Positions 47,201 to 55,580 of a stretch of 64,000 nt of DNA are shown here, piece by piece. Location: the NCBI GenBank assembly GCA_018303845.1, contig JAGVXH010000002.1, positions 27,532-91,531 on the forward strand, written 5' to 3'. Under the pieces are notes generated by a model that was given only the letters and a program-made list of their open reading frames with translations, searched no databases and was not told where the DNA came from. How positions within the stretch are numbered: the stretch's first letter is position 1; the number at the start of each line of letters is the position of its first letter. Source of the DNA: Candidatus Pacearchaeota archaeon (GTDB lineage Archaea; Nanobdellota; Nanobdellia; Pacearchaeales; GW2011-AR1). Made by a program: the position numbers and the translations under genes.

Positions 47201-47520
47201 CCAATAAAAACAATGTCCCTATAAATGGGAATAACTTTTTTTTTCTCTATAGGAAAATTGTCACTTCCCAAATTAAACCAAATCTCAGAATTATGATCAG
47301 CATAAAAATCACGAATAGAATTTTTCGCAACCTCAATATCAGAATAATCAAAATTTGCAACCTCAATAGTTTCGTCAACCCTTTTATCTAAAAAAGAACC
47401 AAAATTCTCAGCAATCTTTAAACCTTCAGTTTCAAAATCACTTTCATGGGTTGCAAAAATCCCAGGAGCCAGAAAAAGACCAATTAAAAAACCAATTAAA
47501 AAAAATCTTCCCAAATACAT
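44227..47520 (-). CDS. Large sensor histidine kinase (double periplasmic sensor domain, TM, HAMP, HisKA, HATPase_c)
   Basis: The H-box is ITSHELRSPMTP. The N, G1 and G2 boxes include GTGLGLAIVKG. The periplasmic region is about 350 aa. Confidence 0.85.
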   Translation of the reverse strand: MYLGRFFLIGFLIGLFLAPGIFATHESDFETEGLKIAENFGSFLDKRVDETIEVANFDYSDIEVAKNSIRDFYADHNSEIWFNLGSDNFPIEKKKVIPIYRDIVFIGADGKEIIKYSEDGFSDNLLDVSVQENTEFKSEVYFEDTKGLDSGEVFIGKVLTWYVGFDDVFEGASVEAKEGKIYEEVIGRDILKQGVIRFSSPVYRDGVFKGVVVLSLDYRHLQELFKHIEPARDEIVISSTYARNYLLVFDLEGNTIFHPKPDNVLGYLEDGQLAGFNEPNSTREGSIFNLYKYRGSFAYSEMARQVLEDKETFVSYATDVGGRTKVTLAVPVLYSNPNTNYEDVGVFGGIMLSIQLTPSEPVPGISFKFYFIAIAIVIAIAIGVGIIVRKKKNTNVSSSKEVIFSKIDKKFMVILFIILFEIVLIGALVVYYQNQILERQFFDAVLENEEDFFDLQEASITRLSATLEVVLNDESMRHLYLERDREKLFEYSYPLFSELKNEYGITHFYFIEPNGTSFVRLHDKSIFGDEIKRSSFLKAKETGLVSSGIELGKTTYALRVVAPYYDGDDLIGYVELAQGIDGFFDIMEKRKGDDFLMVADKGSLDEMDWASSRKSQGLRNNWDDFEEYVIVSSNSEKIFPCFSEENVELLRKKSSLLKISKLDDEVFACGGFSMVDVYNEKPAVIFSSINATKDYNIMINIRFVILFILFIVFSIFVGLGFYVSNRVSKPIAELNVVAQELRKKNFKARTNIDTGDELQTLGETLNSTAEALDRMEIEYKQLEKAKTEFLSITSHELRSPMTPMQAQLQMLLGEYYGKLTDEQKTAIEIVSRNTKRLDGIIVDFLEISRIEAARLKFKFVRDDPGKVVLQVIEEMKGFMPEKKITIIPSIEKLPIVEHDPNRLSQVLRNLINNAIKFSKEGSTVDVKAKLKGDMILFSVADHGIGIDAKSQQRLFEPFFQVEQTIYREYQGTGLGLAIVKGIVESQGGKVWLESVVGKGTTFNFTLPLKPTKEIKPIKLLFSIQENSKDKIKDLFVKMLGPMGKQEFELLEKKDKLFEKDLISYINDLTEKGILKEENGEVFKEAISSIFGSKENEK

Positions 47521-47560
47521 TTCGTCAACAAGAAAACGTCATTAAATAAAACACCATTTC

Positions 47561-48157
47561 CTACCCCTCCTTATTAATTTTTATTTTTTCAATTTTTTCA
47601 TTAGAGAGAACAAAAGATTTAGAAAACTTGCCACGAATAACCTTATCCACAACAGTTCCAACTTTAGCAATAAGGTCTTCATTATTAGAAGATTCAACCG
47701 CATAAAAAATAGCTCGAGTTTTAGACCTCTTAACCTTATCAACCAAATCAGCAAGAAACTTATTACACATATTATTATCCTGATAAGTCAAAAGATTAGT
47801 CACTGCATCAAAAACCAAATAATCAAAATCATGTTTCAAAAATTTTTTAATAACTAGTGACAATTCCGTCAAAGCCCCAGGACTCGAAACATAATAAACA
47901 TCTTCAGATTGATCCGGAATTTTCATCATCGCTTTAGAAATAGTATCAATAAAAACAATATTCCCAATCTCAATCTTCTTCTTTAAAAAAATTTCTTTCA
48001 AAGAATAAAAAGTTTTATTCGTGGTAATATAACAAATATTCCCAGACAATTTTTTTATCACACTAACAATATTCTCGTTATATTCACCACTAGACATAAC
48101 AAAAAGAATAGTCTGATTAGATTTCAATTCAGATTTAATATCCACCATCTTAGCCAA
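47561..48157 (-). CDS. KaiC/RecA-fold-like protein lacking Walker A (probable pseudo-ATPase)
   Basis: The beta-alpha pattern resembles a KaiC domain (ILFVMSSGE.., YLVFDAVTNLL), but no GxxxxGK[ST] motif is present. Confidence 0.35.
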   Translation of the reverse strand: MAKMVDIKSELKSNQTILFVMSSGEYNENIVSVIKKLSGNICYITTNKTFYSLKEIFLKKKIEIGNIVFIDTISKAMMKIPDQSEDVYYVSSPGALTELSLVIKKFLKHDFDYLVFDAVTNLLTYQDNNMCNKFLADLVDKVKRSKTRAIFYAVESSNNEDLIAKVGTVVDKVIRGKFSKSFVLSNEKIEKIKINKEG

Positions 48158-48503
48158 TTAACTCCTTTACTTTATTCAAAAGCTTATCAATATCAAAAGG
48201 CTTCTGAATAAAACCAACAATATTTTTCGATTTCATCAAATCTTCCTTCTCGGCTTCAGAAATTCTAACAACACTCAAATAAGCTACCTTGGCTCCCATC
48301 ATTTTAGGAATAATATCTCTAACGGGGGTCCCAGGCATCATAATATCCATCAAAACCAAATCCGATTTTTTCTCTGCCCATTTCTTCAACGCATCATCCC
48401 CACTAACCGCAAGAATAACATTATAGCCATTTTTTTCCAAAATCATCTTCACCGTAGTCCTATTGTCAGCTTCATCATCAACAACCATAACCGTCTTAAC
48501 CAT
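48150..48503 (-). CDS. CheY-like response regulator receiver (stand-alone)
   Basis: It has DD..D (phospho-acceptor), T and K in a roughly 117-aa REC domain. Confidence 0.85.
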   Translation of the reverse strand: MVKTVMVVDDEADNRTTVKMILEKNGYNVILAVSGDDALKKWAEKKSDLVLMDIMMPGTPVRDIIPKMMGAKVAYLSVVRISEAEKEDLMKSKNIVGFIQKPFDIDKLLNKVKELIG

Positions 48504-48638
48504 TCTTTCCGCTACCTCCTTTTATCCAATCAAAAATACAAACATCCATCTGCATCAAAACCCCTTCTCCTTCAGCAACAATTACCATAAATTTAACATC
48601 TCCTTTAACCCTCCAAATAAGACCAAAAAGTCATAACC

Positions 48639-48995
48639 TCATCTTTTGTTAATTACTTCCTTTACAGTCTTCAATAAAACTCCTGAAGAAAATGGTTTCT
48701 GAATAAAACCATCCACATTCCCCATATCAACCTCTTTACGGGGAACAATCGAAACATAAATTATTTTAATTTTTTTATTAGATCTCCATTTCAATAACCT
48801 AGAAAAATCATAACCAGAAAGCGTCGGCATCTTAATATCAAGCAAAATAACATCAACCTCATTAACTCCTAATAAATCCAAGGCAACGGCACCATTCCCA
48901 GCCATGACAACTTCATAGCCATCCTTCTTAAGAAAACTCCCCATAAGCTCTCTGTCTTCCTCATCATCATCAACAATTAAAATCTTTTTCGCCAT
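48639..48995 (-). CDS. CheY-like response regulator receiver (stand-alone)
   Basis: ILIVDDDEEDRE...ILLDIKMP is a canonical REC domain. Confidence 0.85.
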   Translation of the reverse strand: MAKKILIVDDDEEDRELMGSFLKKDGYEVVMAGNGAVALDLLGVNEVDVILLDIKMPTLSGYDFSRLLKWRSNKKIKIIYVSIVPRKEVDMGNVDGFIQKPFSSGVLLKTVKEVINKR

Positions 48996-49042
48996 AAATA
49001 GGAATAGAAAAAACTATATAATTACTCTTATACGAACATATT
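48996..49042 (-). promoter_or_regulatory. Conserved 46-bp promoter/operator element (copy 2 of 2)
   Basis: aaataggaatagaaaaaactatataattactcttatacgaacatatt lies immediately 5' of the receiver start. Confidence 0.55.
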
Positions 49043-49284
49043 CAAATCGGAATCTTCTTCCCGCATTCCGAGCAAAACTTCACTCCGCTTTCAATTGGCC
49101 AACCACATTCACACCTCTTCACCTTCTCTTCTCTCTTCTCAATAACAGCCGTATAATCCCCTCGTCCAGACATTACCTTCCCAATAATCTTTGCTATCTT
49201 CTCTTGCTCTTTCTCGTCATTCTGATACCGCGTCAAATCAAATCCTTCCATGTTCATTTTAGGGAAAACACTAGGGCCTCCCAT
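49042..49284 (-). CDS. Small zinc-ribbon protein
   Basis: C-terminal CECGWP...CSECG. Confidence 0.4.
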   Translation of the reverse strand: MGGPSVFPKMNMEGFDLTRYQNDEKEQEKIAKIIGKVMSGRGDYTAVIEKREEKVKRCECGWPIESGVKFCSECGKKIPI

Positions 49285-49467
49285 CCCAAATCTAGAAAAT
49301 TCAACTTTTAAAATTATCTATACCCAACTATAGTAAATTCCTAACTTTTCGTTACACAACTCTATGAAATCCTATACCTAAAATCACCAAAACAAAACTC
49401 CAATACTCTATTTTCACAACAAAAACAAACCCCAATATTTTATAAAGATTACTCAACTAAAATCTTC

Positions 49468-49635
49468 ATGACACACAAATGCGACCTCTGCAAAAAAGAA
49501 ATCAAAACAACATTCCTAGACAAACTAAACGGAACAATAATCAAAACAGGAAAAAGCGAAACCTCGAAAACCCACTACATCTGCTCATCCTGCCAAAAAG
49601 AACACAAAGAAAAGTTAAAAGAGAAATTAATCTAA
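49468..49635 (+). CDS. Small (55 aa) zinc-ribbon protein not present in the supplied ORF track
   Basis: Manual translation gives MTHKCDLCKKEIKTTFLDKLNGTIIKTGKSETSKTHYICSSCQKEHKEKLKEKLI. A TATA-like ttttataaaga box lies about 25 bp upstream. The stop abuts the tRNA-Thr 3' end. Confidence 0.4.
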   Translation: MTHKCDLCKKEIKTTFLDKLNGTIIKTGKSETSKTHYICSSCQKEHKEKLKEKLI

Positions 49636-49708
49636 AGCCTCCGGCGGGAGTCAAACCCGCGACCTCAACATTACGAGTGTTGCGCTCTGTCAACTGAGCT
49701 ACGAAGGC
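49636..49708 (-). tRNA. tRNA-Thr (anticodon CGU)
   Basis: Manual fold: acceptor GCCUUCG/CGAGGGC-type 7 bp, D-stem GCUC/GAGC, anticodon stem CAACA/UGUUG with loop CUCGUAA, T-arm GCGGG-UUUGACU-CCCGC. Confidence 0.8.
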
Positions 49709-49740
49709 ACCCTCATAAACGTCCCTAACAATTAATAAAT

Positions 49741-50859
49741 CTACCTCACTGAAGCATACCCGCCATCAACCCCACCCTTAGAAAAAACAATCTGCCACAA
49801 CTGATTCCGCCGAGCCCTAAAGCTCCCCGCACAACTCAGCAAATAATAATCCCACATCCTCTTAAATCTCTCTCCATAATTCTCCTTCAACCTATCCCAC
49901 CCCTTCGAAAAATTCTCATGCCACGCCATCAAAGTCTTATCATAATCAGTCCCAAAATTATGCCAATCCTCAACAACAAAAACATCCTCACTGCTACTAG
50001 CAATTTGCTTTGCCGAAGGAATCATGGAATTAGGAAAAATATACTTTTCAATCCAAGGGTCAGTAGAATTAACCGACCTATTCCCTCCAATACTATGCAA
50101 CAAAAACAAACCCTTATCATCTAAACACTCACTAATCTTTTTCATATATGTTTCATAATTCTTAATTCCTACATGCTCAAACATCCCTAGGGAAATAACA
50201 GCATCAAATTTCTCATAGACATCCCTATAATCCTGAAACCTAATATCAACAGGTAACCCAGTACATTTTTCTCGCCCGAGCTTAACCTGTTCTTCAGAAA
50301 TAGTAATCCCCACAACTTCCGCTCCATGTTTCTCCGCGGCATATTTAGCAAAACTGCCCCAACCACAGCCCACATCCAAAACCTTCATCCCGCTCTTCAG
50401 CCCAATCTTTCGACAAACAAGCTCAAGCTTCGACTCCTGAGCATCCGCCAAATTACTAGCATCCTTCCAATATCCACAAGTATAAACCATCCTCTCACCC
50501 AACATCTCACTATAAAGATCATTACCAATATCATAATGATGCCTACCAACCTTCAAGGCCCCAACCTTATTTTGCAAATTAAGCAACTTAGACCTTAACG
50601 ATAAAAAAAATCTCTGACCATGCCCAACCCTATCTTCCAACTTAACTCTCAATACCCGATTAAAAAATTCATCCAACTTATCACAATCCCACTGCCCATC
50701 CATATAAGATTCCCCCAGTCCCAAAGACCCCTGACCCAAAACCCTTCCATAAAACCTATCATCATAAACCCGAATATCCCACGGCCTCTCTCCACCAATC
50801 TCAACATCAGCAAAACCAAGAATTTCCTCAACAGCCTTTTTCATCCTACCAACAAACAC
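49741..50859 (-). CDS. cfa: Cyclopropane-fatty-acyl-phospholipid synthase family SAM-dependent methyltransferase
   Basis: The VLDVGCGWGSFAKYAAEKHGAEVVGITIS motif I and CMAS-family length and architecture are present. Confidence 0.8.
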   Translation of the reverse strand: MFVGRMKKAVEEILGFADVEIGGERPWDIRVYDDRFYGRVLGQGSLGLGESYMDGQWDCDKLDEFFNRVLRVKLEDRVGHGQRFFLSLRSKLLNLQNKVGALKVGRHHYDIGNDLYSEMLGERMVYTCGYWKDASNLADAQESKLELVCRKIGLKSGMKVLDVGCGWGSFAKYAAEKHGAEVVGITISEEQVKLGREKCTGLPVDIRFQDYRDVYEKFDAVISLGMFEHVGIKNYETYMKKISECLDDKGLFLLHSIGGNRSVNSTDPWIEKYIFPNSMIPSAKQIASSSEDVFVVEDWHNFGTDYDKTLMAWHENFSKGWDRLKENYGERFKRMWDYYLLSCAGSFRARRNQLWQIVFSKGGVDGGYASVR

Positions 50860-50908
50860 CTCTAAACATCAACGATTAATTAATATAAATATTTAACTAA
50901 CAAAAATC

Positions 50909-53092
50909 CTAAATCTTCGCCATCCGAAGCAAATTAGCATTCCCAACAACCGTCACCGAAGACAAAGCCATAGCAATTTCCGCCACGACAGGAGAAAGAA
51001 ACCCCCCCATAGCCAAAGGAATAGCCAAAACATTATACCCAAAAGCCCAAAACAAATTCTGCTTAATCTTCATAAATGTCGCCCTAGACAAATTAAAAGC
51101 CTCGACAACTCCCATCAAACTCCCGCGAACCAAAACAATATCTCCCGCCTCAATCGCAATATCAGTCCCGCCCCCCATAGCTATTCCAACATTCGCACTT
51201 TTCAAAGCAACCGCATCATTAACCCCATCCCCAACAAAAACAACCTTTCCCTCTTTCTGCAACTCCAAAATCTTCTTCGCCTTATCCTCAGGCAACACAT
51301 CGCTAAAAACCTCATCCACACCAACCGCCTTAGCAATAGCATGAGAAGTTAAAGCATTATCCCCACTAACAATCACAGTCCGAAAACCCATCTTCTTCAA
51401 TCTGGAAATAGCCTCAACAGAATCGTCCTTCAAACCATCCGCAACAGCAATCACGCCAAAAGCCTTCCCATCAACGCAAACAACCATAACGCTCTTTCCT
51501 TCCGAAGAATACTTCTTAATCATATCAACAAACAAGTCCAAAGAAACCTTCCGCTCACTCATCAACAAAACATTTCCAATCAAAACATTCTTCCCATCAA
51601 CAACGCCCTCAACACCTCGACCTCTCAAAACTTTAAACTTATCAACTTTCAAATACTTCTTCAAAGAAGCCCTAGCAACAACAGCCCTAGAAATAGAATG
51701 CTCACTTAAAACTTCCAAGCTAGCGGCAATTTCCAACAACTTTTTCTCATCTTTAGCATAAACATCACTAACCTCGGGCTTCCCCTTCGTAATCGTCCCA
51801 GTCTTATCAAAAACAATAGTCTTAACATCCTTCATCGTCTGAATCGCCTCTCCCTTCCTAATCAAAATCCCACGCTCAGCCCCCATACCAGAACCAACCA
51901 TCAAAGCCGTAGGAACAGCCAATCCCAAAGCACAAGGACAAGCAATAACCAAAACAGAAACCATCACGCCAATCGCACGACCCCAATCACTCGTCACAAA
52001 AAAACCCCAAACCCAAAAAGTAAGAAAAGCAACAATCAAAACAACTGGAACAAAAACGGCCGTAATCTTATCCACCAATTCCTGAATCGGAATCTTCGAA
52101 CCTTGAGCCTCCTCAACCAATTTCACAATATGCGCCAAAAAAGTATCCTTCCCAACCCTAGTCGCCCGAACATACAAAATCCCATCCTGATTAATCGTCG
52201 CCCCAATAACATTACTCCCCACGACTTTATCCAAAGGCAAACTTTCCCCACTAATCATCGACTCATCAACAGAACTCTCTCCCTTAACAACAACACCATC
52301 AGTCGGAATCTTCTCCCCAGGCTTCACAACCATGACATCTCCAATCTTCACTTCCGAAATCAAAACAGAAATCTGCTTCCCATCACGAACAACAGCTGCA
52401 TTCTTCGCCCCCATCTCCAAGAGCTTCTTAATCTCCGCACCAGCCCGACCCTTCGCCAAATTCTCAACATACTTCCCACTAAAAAAGAAAGCCATAATCA
52501 TCGCCGAAATTCCAGAATAATCCTGCACACTAATAAAAAAACTAAGTATTCCCGTAGAAAAAGCAACAACAGTCCCAAGTGAAATCAAAGAATCCATATT
52601 AAAATAAAAACTAGTAAAACCCTTCAGTCCCCCTCGCAAAGTATCAAACCCCAAAATAAAAATAACAGGAAAACTTAAGAACAACATCACAACAGTCATC
52701 GCCGTCTCACTAAACAAATGAAGCCCAAATAATCTCTCACTCCCCATAATAAAAATCAACGGCAAAACAATCAACCAAGAAATAATAGTCCGCCTTTTCC
52801 ATTTTAAAACCTCATCAACTTCCGCCATCTTAGAGTGATCCATCTTAGAGTGATCCATTTCTCCACCATCAAAATTAGAAACCTTATAATTCCCAACAGT
52901 AGAAACAGCCTTTTCTATCTCCGCCTCACTAACCTTCCCCTCAACAAAACCCTTCTTTGCCAAAAAATTAACCTTAACATTCTCAACGCCCTTAATCTTA
53001 CCAAGACCTCGTTCAATATTCGCAGCACACGAAGCGCAACTCATTCCAGAAACATCAAACCTAATCTTATCACCCATACAAAAAACCAACAC
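50909..53092 (-). CDS. copA: Copper-translocating P1B-type ATPase
   Basis: It has an N-terminal HMA (GMSCASCA), a CPC transmembrane motif, DKTGTIT and [10 protein letters not shown]. Confidence 0.9.
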   Translation of the reverse strand: MLVFCMGDKIRFDVSGMSCASCAANIERGLGKIKGVENVKVNFLAKKGFVEGKVSEAEIEKAVSTVGNYKVSNFDGGEMDHSKMDHSKMAEVDEVLKWKRRTIISWLIVLPLIFIMGSERLFGLHLFSETAMTVVMLFLSFPVIFILGFDTLRGGLKGFTSFYFNMDSLISLGTVVAFSTGILSFFISVQDYSGISAMIMAFFFSGKYVENLAKGRAGAEIKKLLEMGAKNAAVVRDGKQISVLISEVKIGDVMVVKPGEKIPTDGVVVKGESSVDESMISGESLPLDKVVGSNVIGATINQDGILYVRATRVGKDTFLAHIVKLVEEAQGSKIPIQELVDKITAVFVPVVLIVAFLTFWVWGFFVTSDWGRAIGVMVSVLVIACPCALGLAVPTALMVGSGMGAERGILIRKGEAIQTMKDVKTIVFDKTGTITKGKPEVSDVYAKDEKKLLEIAASLEVLSEHSISRAVVARASLKKYLKVDKFKVLRGRGVEGVVDGKNVLIGNVLLMSERKVSLDLFVDMIKKYSSEGKSVMVVCVDGKAFGVIAVADGLKDDSVEAISRLKKMGFRTVIVSGDNALTSHAIAKAVGVDEVFSDVLPEDKAKKILELQKEGKVVFVGDGVNDAVALKSANVGIAMGGGTDIAIEAGDIVLVRGSLMGVVEAFNLSRATFMKIKQNLFWAFGYNVLAIPLAMGGFLSPVVAEIAMALSSVTVVGNANLLRMAKI

Positions 53093-53133
53093 AAAAATTA
53101 GTTATAAGGATTTCGCGAACAACATCATTAACA

Positions 53134-53727
53134 TCATCCAACTTCATCAGAAACAACCTCCGCAGGATACTCCTCAAAAACATCCAAACCCAAAACATCT
53201 TCTCGCACTCCAGCCTCATAAAAAATTTCAAACTTATTAGGAAAAGAATATTCAACTCCCTTAACACCATTAACGCCAGAAACCTCACTACTAATCAAAG
53301 GCGCATGCCCAGGACACGGAATATCAACTTCCAAATTCATAACACGCAAACCAGAAGAGTCCTCAACGCTCGCGCCAACAAAACCAGACAAAAAAGGAAA
53401 AATAAAAAAGAATAACAAAACATTCACCCCGACAGTAAACCCATACATACCAAACAAATATCCTTTCTTCTCCCTAATCCCATCAAAAGACAAAGCATCA
53501 TTTTTTCTCAAATAAAAAAAAGAACTAACACTAGCAAATCCAATAGAAACCAGAATCAAATAATAAAAAATATTTCGACTCATCAAAAGTGGCTTAAAAT
53601 ATTGCATCAAAACAGTTGTTCCCAAAATAGAAACAATAATAAAAAGAATACACCCGACATGAGGAATCAGCCCAAACAAAATCCCCTTACCGACATTTCT
53701 CTCGCAACAACTTTTATCTTTAGCCAT
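53134..53727 (-). CDS. Cys-rich membrane protein adjacent to copA (possible metal handling)
   Basis: N-terminus is CCERNVGKG..HVGC. There are four TM helices and a C-terminal soluble domain with a CPGH motif. Confidence 0.35.
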   Translation of the reverse strand: MAKDKSCCERNVGKGILFGLIPHVGCILFIIVSILGTTVLMQYFKPLLMSRNIFYYLILVSIGFASVSSFFYLRKNDALSFDGIREKKGYLFGMYGFTVGVNVLLFFFIFPFLSGFVGASVEDSSGLRVMNLEVDIPCPGHAPLISSEVSGVNGVKGVEYSFPNKFEIFYEAGVREDVLGLDVFEEYPAEVVSDEVG

Positions 53728-53816
53728 AACAAATTAAAAAAAATTCTTTATTTAACGACTTCGCTGAAACTAGTTACATCAACAAAATATTTATACCACA
53801 ACATACAAAACAAATT

Positions 53817-54227
53817 ATGAAAACAAAAATCCTTCCAATTTTCCTAATCGCCTTCGCAACAAACGCAATCTGGGAACTCCTCCACTATCCCCTCTACATC
53901 GACCTATCCGGCATCCCCCAATATCCACATCTTTTCCTAGCAACAATAACTGACGCCATCATTATAACAACAATCTTCCTAATCATCTCCCTAAAAAACT
54001 CCTCATCCAACTGGACAAAAAACCCAAAAAAAACAGATTACCTAATAGCACTAATTCTACCAATTGCAATAGCAATAGCAATAGAAACAAGAGCCCTAAA
54101 AATACAAAGATGGGCATATACTTCTTCAATGCCAACAATTCTAGGAATCGGCTTAAGTCCCCTAATTCAGTTAGCAACAACATCAATAATAACATTTGCA
54201 ATAATCAAAAAAATAAAATCTACCTAA
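53817..54227 (+). CDS. Hypothetical membrane protein
   Basis: Four predicted TM helices. Confidence 0.35.
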   Translation: MKTKILPIFLIAFATNAIWELLHYPLYIDLSGIPQYPHLFLATITDAIIITTIFLIISLKNSSSNWTKNPKKTDYLIALILPIAIAIAIETRALKIQRWAYTSSMPTILGIGLSPLIQLATTSIITFAIIKKIKST

Positions 54228-54750
54228 CTAAAACCAAAATATTATTCATACCGCGCCTCTTCCTTTCAACTAAACCCTTAGCTTCCAACTTATCAGTAAT
54301 CCGCGTCATCTTGACCTTCCCGCATCCAAGCTCATCCATAATACTCTTCTGGAAAAAAGCCCCTTTCTCACGCTGCAAAATCCCAACAACCCTCTTCTCC
54401 ACAGAATCAAGCCCACTCAAATCAAGCTTCTTCTTCAAAACTTTCTCCTTGACTTTCTTAACAACAATCCTCTCATTTTCCCTAGAAAAAACAAAAAACA
54501 CCCCAATCAAAAAAACCAACCCCGCAATAATCAAACTAAGTCCCGTCTGAATTCGAATCGTATCGTACATAGTACAACTCGCCCCATGGTCACACCCTTC
54601 GTCCATAATATCCTTCAACCCAAAATTAAATAACAATATAATTGCGACTATTAACACCGAAATCCCGACTATCAAAAACCCGACATTTTTATTCTTCATA
54701 ACAACAAAAGTCATCCAATCTATAAAAACATACCTAAACACCGTTAACAA
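54220..54750 (-). CDS. Membrane-anchored winged-HTH transcriptional regulator (paralog of 29774..30187)
   Basis: There are N-terminal TMs, a CDHGASC motif, and a C-terminal wHTH RVVGILQREKGAFFQKSIMDELGCGKVKMTRITDKLEAKGLV. Confidence 0.45.
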   Translation of the reverse strand: MLTVFRYVFIDWMTFVVMKNKNVGFLIVGISVLIVAIILLFNFGLKDIMDEGCDHGASCTMYDTIRIQTGLSLIIAGLVFLIGVFFVFSRENERIVVKKVKEKVLKKKLDLSGLDSVEKRVVGILQREKGAFFQKSIMDELGCGKVKMTRITDKLEAKGLVERKRRGMNNILVLVR

Positions 54751-54786
54751 TAAAACTTATAACCCATATAAATATCCAAAATACAT

Positions 54787-54869
54787 GTGGGGATGCCGGA
54801 GTGGCCAAACGGGCTGGCTTTAAGCGCCAGTAGCATCTGCTTACGGGGGTTCGAATCCTCCTCCCCACA
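54787..54869 (+). tRNA. tRNA-Leu (anticodon UAA), type II
   Basis: Manual fold: acceptor GUGGGGA/UCCCCAC, anticodon stem CUGGC/GCCAG with loop UUUAAGC, long variable arm, T-arm GGGGG-UUCGAAU-CCUCC. Confidence 0.8.
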
Positions 54870-54990
54870 TTTATACAATTCAATTTATTGAATTGTATTT
54901 ATTTTTGGAAGACGATTCTAATGCTCGAACTTTACGGGGGTTTGCGAAAAATTACGAAGTAACTTTTTCGCAGAAAAATTCAAAGAATTT

Positions 54991-55040
54991 TTCGTGTCCG
55001 AGTGTTCTTCATAACACGAAGGCGAATCCTCCTCTCTACA
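54991..55040 (+). repeat. tRNA-associated element: motif TTCGTGTCCGAGTGTTCTTCATAACACGAAGG fused to an 18-bp copy of the tRNA-Leu 3' end
   Basis: cgaatcctcctctctaca matches the tRNA-Leu 3' end cgaatcctcctccccaca, which lies 120 bp upstream. Two hairpins sit in the spacer. Confidence 0.55.
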
Positions 55041-55307
55041 TTAAAAATATTTTTCTAAAACCTTATTCATCTCGTCTGCAAAAGTTGTGTCACAGCAGTT
55101 CCTACAAATAAAATCAATCAAAGCGATATACCCCAAAAGGAAAATAAGCCCAAACAATATTGCCATAACCATCCTCAAGCTTCCCGTAACCTGTAATAAA
55201 ATTTCTCCAGCTAAAACCTTCTCCATAGTAGGATATCCGAATATCAAGGACCCCACTCCGTAAAAAAATTCTCCTACAGAAATACCTACACCTTTGATAT
55301 CTGCCAT
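55041..55307 (-). CDS. Hypothetical small membrane protein (internal start MADIKG)
   Basis: This is ORF-based only. The listed longer ORF extends into the repeat region. Confidence 0.25.
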   Translation of the reverse strand: MADIKGVGISVGEFFYGVGSLIFGYPTMEKVLAGEILLQVTGSLRMVMAILFGLIFLLGYIALIDFICRNCCDTTFADEMNKVLEKYF

Positions 55308-55349
55308 AAAACAAAAATGAATCTCCACTTTATATATTAGAGGTATCAA

Positions 55350-55580
55350 GATTAGATAGCGGGCGAACAATTTGCATTTGAAAAAGAATATTTTTCTTCG
55401 AAAAATTTTTTCAAAAGCAAATTGCAAGTAGGGATTTCAAATCCTCGTCAACGCATAGCGGGCGAAAACTTCGCGCGAATTTTGTCCTAGAACAAAAATT
55501 AGACAAAATTTTAGTGCAAAGTTTGAGTAGGGATTTTTCAAATCTCTCCCTGCCATAGCGGGGGCAGGATGCGGACAAAA
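55350..55580. repeat. Degenerate roughly 100-bp direct repeats carrying GTAGGGATTT(T)CAAATC...ATAGCGGG(C/G)G cores (tRNA-Met 3'-end-like)
   Basis: Cores occur at 55355, 55453 and 55553. The last copy, tagcggggcaggat, matches the plus-strand image of the tRNA-Met acceptor/T-arm tagcggggacaggat. Copies are irregularly spaced. Confidence 0.4.

Noticed and set aside
49479-49697. 72-aa plus-strand ORF in the supplied track
   Set aside because: It is in a different frame from the clean zinc-ribbon ORF (49468..49635), overlaps the entire tRNA-Thr, and its translation is Arg/Lys/Asn-rich low-complexity.
54870-54990. Integrase or other mobile-element cargo between tRNA-Leu and its 3'-end copy
   Set aside because: The interval is only about 120 bp with no ORF. 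No integrase, transposase or recombinase motif was recognised anywhere in the window, so an intact mobile element cannot be claimed.
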